Positions 48,631 through 58,512 of a DNA stretch of 59,548 nt are shown here, one piece after another. Location of the stretch: NCBI GenBank assembly GCA_001918155.1, contig MNFJ01000164.1, positions 1 to 59,548 on the forward strand, in the 5' to 3' direction. A program made the translations under genes and the position numbers. Every line of letters begins with the position of its first letter. Position 1 is the stretch's first letter. The notes under the pieces are model-generated. The model had not been told where the DNA came from. It searched no databases and worked only from the letters and a program-made list of their open reading frames with translations. This stretch comes from Deltaproteobacteria bacterium 13_1_40CM_4_68_19. Its GTDB lineage: Bacteria; Myxococcota; Myxococcia; Myxococcales; 40CM-4-68-19.

Positions 48631-49969
48631 TCGCTCCGCGCAGGCTGCGCAGGCGCAGCCCGAGCTGGTTCATGCGCAGGTGGACCTTGCGCCGGTTGGC
48701 GCCGGGCCCGAACAGCTCGACGGCCATGCGGCCCAGATCACCGCCGTGCGCGTGGAAGAGGGCGGTCAGGTACTGTCGTTCGACGTCGGCTGAAATCTCG
48801 GCGAACGTCCGGCCGGACTTCAGGGCGACTTCGATGCGCCGCTCACCGGAGGGCGTCGCCGAGGGTGGAGAGGCAGGCGGGACCGAAGCGACGTCGAGGA
48901 GCTGATCGACGAGGCGTTCGCTCACCGTAAGGGTGGCGGACGCACGGCCGCCGCGAACGGGGGGCTGCATTAGCGAGAACACCAGCGCGTTGGCGGCGAA
49001 GAGCTTCAGCTCGCGATGGTTTCCTGGCCAATGGTGGATCGAGAGGCGCTGCAGGGCGCGCTCCGGCAGGAGCACCGCGAACGGACCATGGCGGTGCGAG
49101 ACTGTCGGCGAGTCCAAGTCGTCCGCTGCAGGGGATCGCGCGAGCCAGGCGCGCGCCAGCGGCAGAAGCGTTCCGGAGCGCAGCGCGTCCGCGAATGCGA
49201 ACCGGATCAAGTCGGGCAGGTCCTCCTTTCGCTCGCGTAGCGACGGGACGCGGACCCGGGTCGCGGGGTTCAGCCGCGCATAGAGGTCATGACGGAAGCG
49301 CCCTTCGCGGACGAGCTGCGCGATGTCGAGATTCGTCGCCGCCACGATCCGCGGGGCAGCGGGTCGCGCTTTGGAATCGCCGAGGCGGGTGACCGTCCCG
49401 CGCTCCAGCACGAGCAGGAGCCTGCGCTGCGTATCCGCATCGAGGTTCGCGATCTCGTCGAGGAACAGGGTCCCCGCGTGCGCCTGCTCGAACACGCCGG
49501 GGTGGTCGTCGACGGACCCGGTGTAGCTGCCCCGCCGCGCTCCGAAGAGATGGGCCGGCATCAGCGAATCCGGAATGGTGGACAGGTCGGTGACCACGAG
49601 GGGCCCCTTGGCGCCAGAGCGCGCGTGCAGCACGTGCTCCGCCAGGAAGCTCTTTCCCGTGCCGGTCTCGCCCTCGAGCAACACGGGCAGCGGGCTGCGC
49701 GCAAGCACCGTCAGGCGGCGGCGCAACTCCCCCATCGCCGCCGACCGTCCCCAGAAGACCGGGCCTTCCTGGAGGATTTCGTCGTCATTGGCTCCGTCGT
49801 GCGCGCCGCGGTCTTCGTGCGCACGCTCGGGCGGCGCGACGGCGTCGAGGTGCGGAACCCGCCGGATCTCCCCCGTCGGATCTTCGATTGCGAGCGCGGT
49901 GCCCATCGCTCCTGCATGCAACGCGCGGGGCGCGAAAAGGGTCTCGCCCCCGGTTTGCGCGAGCTTCAA
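48611..49969 (-). CDS. Sigma-54-interaction-domain AAA+ transcriptional activator with a C-terminal Fis-type HTH
   Basis: Walker A is GETGTGKS and Walker B is TLFLDEI. The RFRHDLYARLN block and the C-terminal HTH are present. The GAFTGA loop reads GSYTGS. The short N-terminal region has no recognised domain. The start is TTG; ATG 49906 is an alternative. Confidence 0.85.
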   Translation of the reverse strand: MKLAQTGGETLFAPRALHAGAMGTALAIEDPTGEIRRVPHLDAVAPPERAHEDRGAHDGANDDEILQEGPVFWGRSAAMGELRRRLTVLARSPLPVLLEGETGTGKSFLAEHVLHARSGAKGPLVVTDLSTIPDSLMPAHLFGARRGSYTGSVDDHPGVFEQAHAGTLFLDEIANLDADTQRRLLLVLERGTVTRLGDSKARPAAPRIVAATNLDIAQLVREGRFRHDLYARLNPATRVRVPSLRERKEDLPDLIRFAFADALRSGTLLPLARAWLARSPAADDLDSPTVSHRHGPFAVLLPERALQRLSIHHWPGNHRELKLFAANALVFSLMQPPVRGGRASATLTVSERLVDQLLDVASVPPASPPSATPSGERRIEVALKSGRTFAEISADVERQYLTALFHAHGGDLGRMAVELFGPGANRRKVHLRMNQLGLRLRSLRGAINSSAS

Positions 49970-50061
49970 ACCGCACGCTGCCCGGTGAGAGGGGATCCGG
50001 CGGGCGTCGGCATGTGGCAGGCTTATCCGCCGTGGCAGACCGGCAGCCGATCCAGGTGGCG

Positions 50062-50495
50062 ATGTGCGAGTCCACCGCTGACGTCCCCCCTGAGATTCTG
50101 CACACGGTGCAGCAGCGCCTCGAGGAGACGGCCCGGACCTTGTCGCAGATGGACCCCGGGAGCCCTCTCTGGACCTCGCTGCGCGAGAGCGGCCTGAGCT
50201 TCGAGGTGCTGGGCTGGAAGTTCAGGGTCGGCGTGGAGGCCGACAAGCTGGTGCTCATCGACGCGGGGCGCGTATCATCCGCGTCATTTTCCGGATCGCG
50301 CTCGCCATCAAGACCGTCACGAAGGAATTCCTCAGGAAGCAACCGGCGCCGGGCATCGACTGCTCGCACTGGCAAACCGACCATGTGTGGACTTTGGTCG
50401 ACGGGATGAAGAGACAGGTCGCCGACGAAAACCGGCGCTGGGAGGACTTCCTGAGGACGAAGCACCCGAAGTGCGGGCCTTCCCCTGAGGATTAG
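50062..50495 (+). pseudogene. Small gene whose coding signal switches frame near 50269-50272 (frameshift, pseudogene or indel error)
   Basis: High-GC3 coding runs in frame 1 from ATG 50062 (AGGTGG RBS) to about 50271. High-GC3 coding then continues in the -1 frame to TAG 50493-50495. That second frame has no usable start codon after its last upstream stop at 50091. Confidence 0.5.
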
Positions 50496-50674
50496 CGGGC
50501 AGGCGTGCTCGAGATGCTCTCGCACGGGCGAGTGCTGGCGGCGTTTGAGGAGTGCGGCGACCCATCAGCCCGGGCACAGCTCACTCATCTGCCCGACCAA
50601 ATAACGCGCAACTGGATCATGGGCCCCCGCTGGAATGGGCGGACGTCGCGTGCGGTAACCCCGCGGCGCGACGC

Positions 50675-53056
50675 CTACGCGAGTTCCACCACCGTCGTCG
50701 CGTCTCCCCCTTCATGCTGCTCCCCCGGTCGCGCCCGCCCGACATATGGACTGCGCTGCAGGTGCTCCCGCACCGCCGCCTTCAGCGCCCCGCTCCCATG
50801 CCCATGCAGGACGTGCACGCGCTCCTCCCCCGCCCGGGTCGCCCGATCCAGCTCCAGCTCGACGGCGCGGAGCGCCTCGTCCACGCGCATCCCGCGCACG
50901 TCGACCATCGGGATCCGCACCTGCACGGCGGCCGCTCGAGCCTGCTCGGCTCGCTCCATCCGCTCCGCCTTGCTCTTGCGGAACCCCGCCTGGCGCACGG
51001 CGCGGCCGATCGGGACCAGATCCTGCACGGGCACTTTGCTGCGTAGCGCTCCCATCTGCACGGTCGCGCTGCCCTCCTGCACTTCCAGCACCACCCCTTC
51101 CGTTCCCAGGCGCAGGTGCTTCACCCGGGCGCCGGGCGCGAGCGCGGCTTCCACGAGCGCCTCGGGCTCCCCGCTGCGCGCCTGCTCCCGCAGCTCGGCC
51201 GCCGCGGCGCCCTCGATGGCGCGCTGGGTCTCCACGGCCTGCGCCATGGCCGGGGCGGCCTGCAGCTGCGCGATCAGCGCCGACACCTCGGCGCGTTTCT
51301 TCTGCAGATCGTCGATCAGCTCCGAGCGCGCTCCCGCGCGCGTCTGCCGCTCCAGCTCGCGCAAGCGTTCGCGCTCGCGCTGCAGCGCGCTGCGTTCCCG
51401 CTCCAGCTGCTCGCGGGCCGCCGCCAGCTCCGCGCGCGCCCCGGCCGCTTCCGCGCGCTCTTTCTCCAGCCGCTCCACGGCCTGCGAGACCGCGGACGCG
51501 CTGCCTCCGAGGATCTCCCGGGCGCGGGCACAGACGTCCTCGGGCAGCCCGACCCGCCGGGCGATCTCGATGGCCGACGATGCTCCCACTTCGCCGAGTC
51601 GCAAGCGGTACGTCGGGGCAAGGCGCTCCACGTCGAATCCGACGCTGGCAGGCGCGAAGCGCCGGTCGGCGAGCGCCAGCGCCTTCAGCTCCTCGAGGTG
51701 CGTGGTGATCAACACCTCCGCGCCGGCCGCCACGAGCTTCTCCAGCACGGCGACGGCGATGGCTGCGCCCTCGCGCGGGTCCGTGTCCGCGGCGATCTCG
51801 TCGATCAGGGCGAGGGTGCCGGGGCCGGCCGCTTCCAGGATCGACTTGAGCGCCGACAGATGCGCGGTGAAGGTGGACAGGTCGCGCGCCAGGTCTCCCT
51901 CGTCGCCGATCGCCGTGTACACGGTCCGGTAGAGCGGCATTCGCGAGCCCGCCTCGGCGGGAATGGGCAGCCCTGCCCGCGCCATCAGGGCGCAGAGCCC
52001 CACGGCGGTGATGGTGACCGTCTTGCCCCCCGCGTTCGGTCCGCTGACGATCAGCGCCTGCGCCGGAACCGGCAAGGCGATGTCGTTCGCCACTACGCTG
52101 CCCGGCTTGCGCTGCAGCACCAGCAGCGGATGGCGGGCCCTGCGCAGCTCGAATCGATCTCCGCCCAGCTCGGGCGCGGCCGCGTCCAGATCGTCAGCGA
52201 GCCGTGCGCCTGCCGCCGCCTCGTCGAGGACCGCCAGCACCTCGACGTCGTGCTCGAGCGCCGGCGCTCGCCGCCCCACAGCGCCGGAGAGCTCGTGCAG
52301 GATGCGCTGCTCCTCCTCGAGCGCGCCCGCCTCGGCGATGGTGAGCTGGTTGCCCAGCTCGACGAGCGTCTGGGGCTCGACGAACAGCGTCTGCCCGGAG
52401 TTCGAGGCGTTGTGCACGATCCCGGGCAGGTGCGAGCGATGCTCCGCGCGCACGGGGAGGACGTAGCGGTCGCCGCGCACCGAGTAGTAGGTGTCGCGCA
52501 GCATGGCGACGATCTTCTCGTCCTTGAGCATCTCCTCCAGGCGCTGCTTGACGGCGCGATGAAGCCCCCGGGCACGCTCGCGCAGCTCCCCGAGGAGCGC
52601 GCTGGCGGTATCCAGCAGCTTGCCGCCCGGGTCGAAGGCGCGCTCCAGCTCCTGCGCCAAAGGAAGCAGCTCGGAGAGCTCCTGTGCCCGCTCGAAATGG
52701 AGGGGCGCGCGGTCGGCCTGCGAGAAGCAGAACCGCCGCGCCGAATCGCCCGCGCGGATGAGGCGCGCGACCTGCATCAGCTCGGCCGGCTCCAGCGTCC
52801 CTTCGCGCGCGGCGCGGCCGAGCGACGGCCGAACGTCGGCCGCGTCGGCGAGCGGCAGCTCGCGTTCATGCCTCCGGAGCAGGCGCGCCTCCTCGACCAG
52901 CCGCAGCTGCCGCCGCGCGGCCTCCGGATCCTCGTACGGCATCCGCGATCGGGAACGTTCCCGGCCCATCGGCGTGCGGGCGCGGGCTTCGAGCTCGCCG
53001 CAGATCCGGCTCCAGCCGAGCTCGCGCAGCGCCTTTTCGTTGACCACCCCGAGCAT
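50675..53056 (-). CDS. mutS2: Endonuclease MutS2 (MutS domain plus C-terminal Smr domain)
   Basis: The start MLGVVNEKALRELGW matches the usual MutS2 N-terminus. Walker A is GPNAGGKT. The C-terminal Smr domain has VDVRGMRVDEAL...HVLHGHGSGALK. Confidence 0.9.
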   Translation of the reverse strand: MLGVVNEKALRELGWSRICGELEARARTPMGRERSRSRMPYEDPEAARRQLRLVEEARLLRRHERELPLADAADVRPSLGRAAREGTLEPAELMQVARLIRAGDSARRFCFSQADRAPLHFERAQELSELLPLAQELERAFDPGGKLLDTASALLGELRERARGLHRAVKQRLEEMLKDEKIVAMLRDTYYSVRGDRYVLPVRAEHRSHLPGIVHNASNSGQTLFVEPQTLVELGNQLTIAEAGALEEEQRILHELSGAVGRRAPALEHDVEVLAVLDEAAAGARLADDLDAAAPELGGDRFELRRARHPLLVLQRKPGSVVANDIALPVPAQALIVSGPNAGGKTVTITAVGLCALMARAGLPIPAEAGSRMPLYRTVYTAIGDEGDLARDLSTFTAHLSALKSILEAAGPGTLALIDEIAADTDPREGAAIAVAVLEKLVAAGAEVLITTHLEELKALALADRRFAPASVGFDVERLAPTYRLRLGEVGASSAIEIARRVGLPEDVCARAREILGGSASAVSQAVERLEKERAEAAGARAELAAAREQLERERSALQRERERLRELERQTRAGARSELIDDLQKKRAEVSALIAQLQAAPAMAQAVETQRAIEGAAAAELREQARSGEPEALVEAALAPGARVKHLRLGTEGVVLEVQEGSATVQMGALRSKVPVQDLVPIGRAVRQAGFRKSKAERMERAEQARAAAVQVRIPMVDVRGMRVDEALRAVELELDRATRAGEERVHVLHGHGSGALKAAVREHLQRSPYVGRARPGEQHEGGDATTVVELA

Positions 53057-53141
53057 GCGGGCGCGGATAACCGCGATCGTGAGGGGCGTCACGCCAAACG
53101 GTTGCGGAAAACCACCCCGCCCATGACAGGCATGTCGCGGT

Positions 53142-53165
53142 GGAATGCCCCGTGATGTTCCTCGT
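53142..53165 (+). promoter_or_regulatory. Candidate ECF-type autoregulatory promoter
   Basis: GGAAT-N16-CGT lies about 75 nt upstream of the ECF sigma start at 53240. It resembles the generic ECF -35 GGAAC / -10 CGT pattern. Confidence 0.3.
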
Positions 53166-53239
53166 GCGGCGCGTAAATTCGCGGAAAGACTCGGAGGGGG
53201 TGCGCGGGATGGCATGGGCACGCCAGGTGCTAGAAGCTC

Positions 53240-53890
53240 ATGACCCCTGCGACGAACCGCGCGGCTCGAGAGCTCCCCGAACCTCCTGTCCGCCCACATC
53301 TGACACTGCTCGATGGGCGCGTCAGGGACTCGGTCCTGGTCGGCCGCGCCCTCGGCGGTGGCCCGCGCGGCAAGGCCGCCGAAGAGGAGCTTTTCCGCCG
53401 CTACCGGCCGACGGTGTCACGGCTCGCGGCTAGTTTCTCGGAGCTCGATCCGGACGAGGCCGACGACGTGGTGCAGGAGGCCTTCGTCCGCGGCTTCCGG
53501 GCGCTCGCATCGCTCAAGGACCGCGACCGATTCGCGGCCTGGCTCTTCACCATCGCCCGCAACCGCGCACGCAGCTACCTCACGTCGCGGGCGACCCATT
53601 CGAAGGCGGCGGAAGAAGCGACCCGCGAGGCACGCCTGGTCGAGGATCACGTCCCGGCCGCCTCACATGTGCTGGAGAAGGAAGCGGAGCTGCGCGCCGT
53701 CCGCGACGTCATCGATGGCCTGCGCGAGGGGCCGGAGAAAGAGACGGTGCGCCTCTTCTACTTGGAGGGGACGCTGTCGGCCCGCGAGATCGCCGTGCGG
53801 ATGGGCGTGGGAAAGAGCGCGGTAACCATGCGGCTCGAGCGATTCCGGGCCAAGATCAGGGCGCAGTTGTCAGAGCGTTTGGCGGGGTAA
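53240..53890 (+). CDS. ECF-type sigma-70 family sigma factor
   Basis: Region 2 reads EELFRRYRPTVSRLA...DDVVQEAFVRGF...FAAWLFTIARNRA. Region 4 reads ETVRLFYLEGTLSAREIAVRMGVGKSAVTMRLERFR. Confidence 0.85.
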   Translation: MTPATNRAARELPEPPVRPHLTLLDGRVRDSVLVGRALGGGPRGKAAEEELFRRYRPTVSRLAASFSELDPDEADDVVQEAFVRGFRALASLKDRDRFAAWLFTIARNRARSYLTSRATHSKAAEEATREARLVEDHVPAASHVLEKEAELRAVRDVIDGLREGPEKETVRLFYLEGTLSAREIAVRMGVGKSAVTMRLERFRAKIRAQLSERLAG

Positions 53891-53952
53891 CTGTAACGGC
53901 GCCGGGTCGAATCGCGACTGGTGAGGGAGCATCGAATCTTCGGGAGATGGTC

Positions 53953-54090
53953 ATGACACGCCTCACCTTGCGGCAGATCCTCATCGCCATCGCGCTCGGC
54001 GTCCTGTTCGCATCCTTGCAGGGCGATCCGCCCGTTCCGGCCCTGAAGAAGCTGGCGCTGGTTTCCTGCACCGCCAAGAACCGCTGCTAG
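53953..54090 (+). CDS. Unlisted 45-codon single-TM peptide downstream of the ECF sigma factor
   Basis: It is below the ORF-track cutoff. ATG 53953 has GGGAG 6 nt upstream. Third-position GC is high. Translation: MTRLTLRQILIAIALGVLFASLQGDPPVPALKKLALVSCTAKNRC. A hairpin terminator follows. Confidence 0.5.
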   Translation: MTRLTLRQILIAIALGVLFASLQGDPPVPALKKLALVSCTAKNRC

Positions 54091-54095
54091 GGGAT

Positions 54096-54118
54096 CCCGC
54101 ACCGGAGGTGCGGGTTTG
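54096..54118 (+). terminator. Intrinsic-terminator-like hairpin
   Basis: CCCGCACC-GGA-GGTGCGGG is followed by TTTG. It lies in the convergent gap between the 45-codon ORF and the FHA gene stop. Confidence 0.5.
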
Positions 54119-54122
54119 CACG

Positions 54123-55184
54123 TCACGCAGGGTCGATCCGCAGGATCTGCTCCCCCACCAGCAGCAGATCTCCCGCCGTCACCGCCGCCTGGCCATTCAC
54201 CCGCACGAACGTCCCGTTCGCGCTGCCCAGGTCCTTCACCGCCAGCGACCCTTCGCCGACCGTGATGCTCGCGTGCTTGCTCGAGACGTACCCGTCATTC
54301 GGAAAGCTCACGTCCCCCGTCCCGCGCCCCACCAGGTTCTCCCCGGACTTGAGCGGATAGACGTCACCTTCCCCGCCGCCCTCGAGGATCTGCACGACGC
54401 GCGCGACGTAGCCGGGGTTGGGGCTGCCCCAGACCGGCTGATCGGCGAGTTGTTCCGGCTCGTCCGGCATCCACTCGATGCGCAGCCGCTGGCGGCCGAT
54501 GCGCAGCTCGTCGCCGGACTCGAGCGTCCGCTCCTTGAGCCAGAGGAACACCCCGTTCGCGGTTCCCGAGTCGTGGACCACCAGCTGCGGGCCTTCGAAG
54601 CGGAAGACCGCGTGCACGGGCGCAATGAACGGGTCCTTGTCGAGCTTCACCTCGGTGGGCTCGACGTCGCGCCCGACGCGCGTCTCGTCCTTCACCAGGA
54701 CGAAGTCGGCACTGCGGCTTCCGTCGCGGGCGATGGCGGAGACGCGAGCGCGCGGGCGGACGAGAGCGGCGGGCCTCGGAGGCGCCGGCGGAGGGCGGGA
54801 TTGCCCTGTCACCGGCTTCGGCGGCGGCGGAGGTACGGGCCGCGCCGCGGCCGTAGGCCTGGCGGGAGCGGGCGGCTTCGGAGGAGGCACCGACTTCACA
54901 GGAGCAGCCGCACCCTTCGCCGGCGCGCCCGGAGCGGCCGTGGCGCCGAGAGGCGTCCCGCAGCGGGCGCAAAACTTGAAGGTCGCCGCATTGAGCGTCA
55001 TGCAGTTCGGGCATTGCTTCGGCGGAGCGCCCTGCGCGAGCCGCGGGGCAGCCGGCGAGGACGGCGGCGCGTGCGGCTTTTGCGCGATGGTGGGAAGGCT
55101 CTCGTTCTCGCTCATCGGCGCGCCACAGGACAGGCAGGATCCGAGGTCGGACTCGTTGTGCGCGCCACAGCGGGGACAGTCCAT
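54123..55184 (-). CDS. Protein with two N-terminal zinc ribbons, a Pro/Ala linker and two FHA domains
   Basis: The zinc ribbons are MDCPRCG...CLSCG and CPNC...CARCG. Two FHA-like units are present (..TRVGRD....L..D..I...HA.F..... and ..NLVGRG.GDVSFPNDGYVSSKHA...., each with SANG(V/T)F). Confidence 0.85.
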   Translation of the reverse strand: MDCPRCGAHNESDLGSCLSCGAPMSENESLPTIAQKPHAPPSSPAAPRLAQGAPPKQCPNCMTLNAATFKFCARCGTPLGATAAPGAPAKGAAAPVKSVPPPKPPAPARPTAAARPVPPPPPKPVTGQSRPPPAPPRPAALVRPRARVSAIARDGSRSADFVLVKDETRVGRDVEPTEVKLDKDPFIAPVHAVFRFEGPQLVVHDSGTANGVFLWLKERTLESGDELRIGRQRLRIEWMPDEPEQLADQPVWGSPNPGYVARVVQILEGGGEGDVYPLKSGENLVGRGTGDVSFPNDGYVSSKHASITVGEGSLAVKDLGSANGTFVRVNGQAAVTAGDLLLVGEQILRIDPA

Positions 55185-55244
55185 GCGAGCGGTTCTATGC
55201 TCCCGGCGGAAGAAGGGTCAAGGCACGGAGCCCGGGGCCATTTT

Positions 55245-55308
55245 CAGTCGCTGCCGCCGAAGGCGGCTCTGCGACTGTGTCTTTGGACTGTACCGGTAAG
55301 AGATGCGC
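55245..55308 (+). repeat. Nested-hairpin intergenic repeat, copy C (reference copy)
   Basis: CAGTCGC-t-GCCGCC-GAA-GGCGGC-tct-GCGACTG has the tail TGTCTTTGGACTGTACCGGTAAGAGATGCGC. It aligns almost base for base with copy A through the tail. Confidence 0.65.
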
Positions 55309-55364
55309 GCAAGTTGGTCAAACCCCGTTACCTATGCGATCGTCTCCGGCCGGGGAGGGGCCCT

Positions 55365-56861
<1,497 letters not shown>

Positions 56862-56864
<3 letters not shown>

Positions 56865-56912
56865 CCGCTGCCGCACGAAGTGCGGCTTTGCGGCTATGTT
56901 TTTGGACTGCAC
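56862..56912 (+). repeat. Nested-hairpin intergenic repeat, copy D
   Basis: TAGCCGC-t-GCCGCAC-GAA-GTGCGGC-ttt-GCGGCTA has the tail TGTTTTTGGACTGCAC. The kinase TAG stop is the first 3 nt of the outer stem. The element fills the convergent gap. Confidence 0.65.
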
Positions 56913-56920
56913 AGGGCCCG

Positions 56921-58399
56921 CTACCCCACTTCGACGCGGAGGTGCTGGTCCCCGACCCGGACCACGTCTCCCGCCTGCAGCTCGACGGGCTGCTGCGCGC
57001 GGACGCGCAGGAACACGCCGGAGGGTCCCTGGCCGAGGTCGACCAGCGCGGCGGTCCCATCCTCCCCGATCCGGATCTCCGCGTGCTTTGCCGCGAGCAC
57101 AGAGTCGCCAGCGAAGTTCATGTCGCAGCCCGCCCTGCCGATGGAGATCGAGGGCCCTCCGCGATGACAGGTGCGACCCGTCTTCAATCCCAGGAGGACC
57201 TCTGTCACGCGATACAGCGGTCCCTGGGCGGGCCGGGGCGCGCCGAGCAGGGGAAGGCCGCCCTCCGCGGGCCGCGAGATCTCGACCGGTCCGTCGTAGC
57301 GCAGCAGGCGCTCGCCCGCGACGAACAGATCGCCGGCCTCGAGTGCGGCCGACTCGCGCACCCGGACGTACACGCCGTTCGCGCTGCCTTCGTCGCGGAG
57401 CACGAGCCGTTCGTCGACGAAGGCGAGGGTTGCCGCGTGGGGCGCGATGAACGGGTCCTCGCCGAGGCCGATGTGCGCCGCCGAGCCGCCGAGGCTGTTC
57501 TCGAGGTGGCCCAAGGCGAACTCGGTGCCCTCCGCCCCGCCGTTCTGCAGCACGAGCTTCGCCGCGAACGGCGGTGGCTGCTCCTCCGGAATCGGTTCGG
57601 CCACCGATTCGGCGGGCACGGCCTCGGCGATAGCGACCGGCGAGCTCTCCATCGTCGCGTCTTCGAAGGTCTCCGCCGGCAGCTCGGCGGCCACTTCGAT
57701 CGAGGGCGGACGCGGAGCGGCCGGGGCGGCCTTCCTGGCGAATGGAGTCCCGCACTCGAAGCAGAACTTGGCGGCCGGCGGATTCAGTGCGCCACACTTC
57801 GGGCAGGCCTTTCCGGCGGGCAGGGCGGCCGCCAGCACCGACTCGGGCGGCAGCACGCGCGGCGGAGCCGGAGGAGGCCTGCGCGCAGGCGCTGCGCCGG
57901 AGGTGGCTGCCGAGGGGATGCCTTCGCCGATGCGGGCCCGGCCGCTGGATTGCGCCAGGCCGGGCGGAGCCAACGCCGCCGGCGGAGTCGTCTCGGTGGC
58001 GACGCCACTGCGAGCAGCCATGGTCAGACCCGCCTCGGCGGCCTCCTCGTCGGAGATGGCGAGCGCGCGCAACTCCTCCGAGAGCGTTTCCGGAACCTGC
58101 GAGGGCGGAGTGAAGGCGTCCGGAGGCGTCTTGTCGAGCGGAGGCTGCTCGGGCCCGGTCGCGGCGAAGAGCTGGAGTCCGCAATTGGTGCAGACGCCCA
58201 CCCCCGGCTCGTTGTAAGCCTCGCACCGGCGGCAGACCTCGCCCAGCGACTGGGGCAGCGCCACCGCATCCGCGGCGGCCTCCTCCTCGCGCAGCGGCGC
58301 CCGGCACCGCTTGCACTCGGAGGCGACGTCTTCGTTCTCCTTGCCGCACGCCGGACAGATGAGCATTGGGTGCGCGAGCATACGAGTGGCCCCGCGCAT
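56921..58399 (-). CDS. Protein with three zinc ribbons and two FHA domains, paralog of 54123-55184
   Basis: The zinc ribbons are CPACG...CKRC, CRRC...CTNCG and CPKCG...CFECG. There are two C-terminal FHA-like units. The start is uncertain (58399, 58381 or 58366); the paralog suggests MLICPACG at 58366. Confidence 0.85.
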   Translation of the reverse strand: MRGATRMLAHPMLICPACGKENEDVASECKRCRAPLREEEAAADAVALPQSLGEVCRRCEAYNEPGVGVCTNCGLQLFAATGPEQPPLDKTPPDAFTPPSQVPETLSEELRALAISDEEAAEAGLTMAARSGVATETTPPAALAPPGLAQSSGRARIGEGIPSAATSGAAPARRPPPAPPRVLPPESVLAAALPAGKACPKCGALNPPAAKFCFECGTPFARKAAPAAPRPPSIEVAAELPAETFEDATMESSPVAIAEAVPAESVAEPIPEEQPPPFAAKLVLQNGGAEGTEFALGHLENSLGGSAAHIGLGEDPFIAPHAATLAFVDERLVLRDEGSANGVYVRVRESAALEAGDLFVAGERLLRYDGPVEISRPAEGGLPLLGAPRPAQGPLYRVTEVLLGLKTGRTCHRGGPSISIGRAGCDMNFAGDSVLAAKHAEIRIGEDGTAALVDLGQGPSGVFLRVRAQQPVELQAGDVVRVGDQHLRVEVG

Positions 58400-58512
58400 G
58401 GGTCAATCCGCGGACAACAGAGGCCGAATCCCGTTGTGGCACAGCGCGTCGAGGCGCGTTAGTGGAGGTTTGCTGGCATTTTCGTGACGCGATACGCTGT
58501 CGGCTGCGAGTG

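Noticed and set aside
58440-58480. TGGCAC and TGGCAT motifs upstream of rel as sigma-54 promoters
   Set aside because: Neither has a GC dinucleotide at the required GG-N10-GC spacing.
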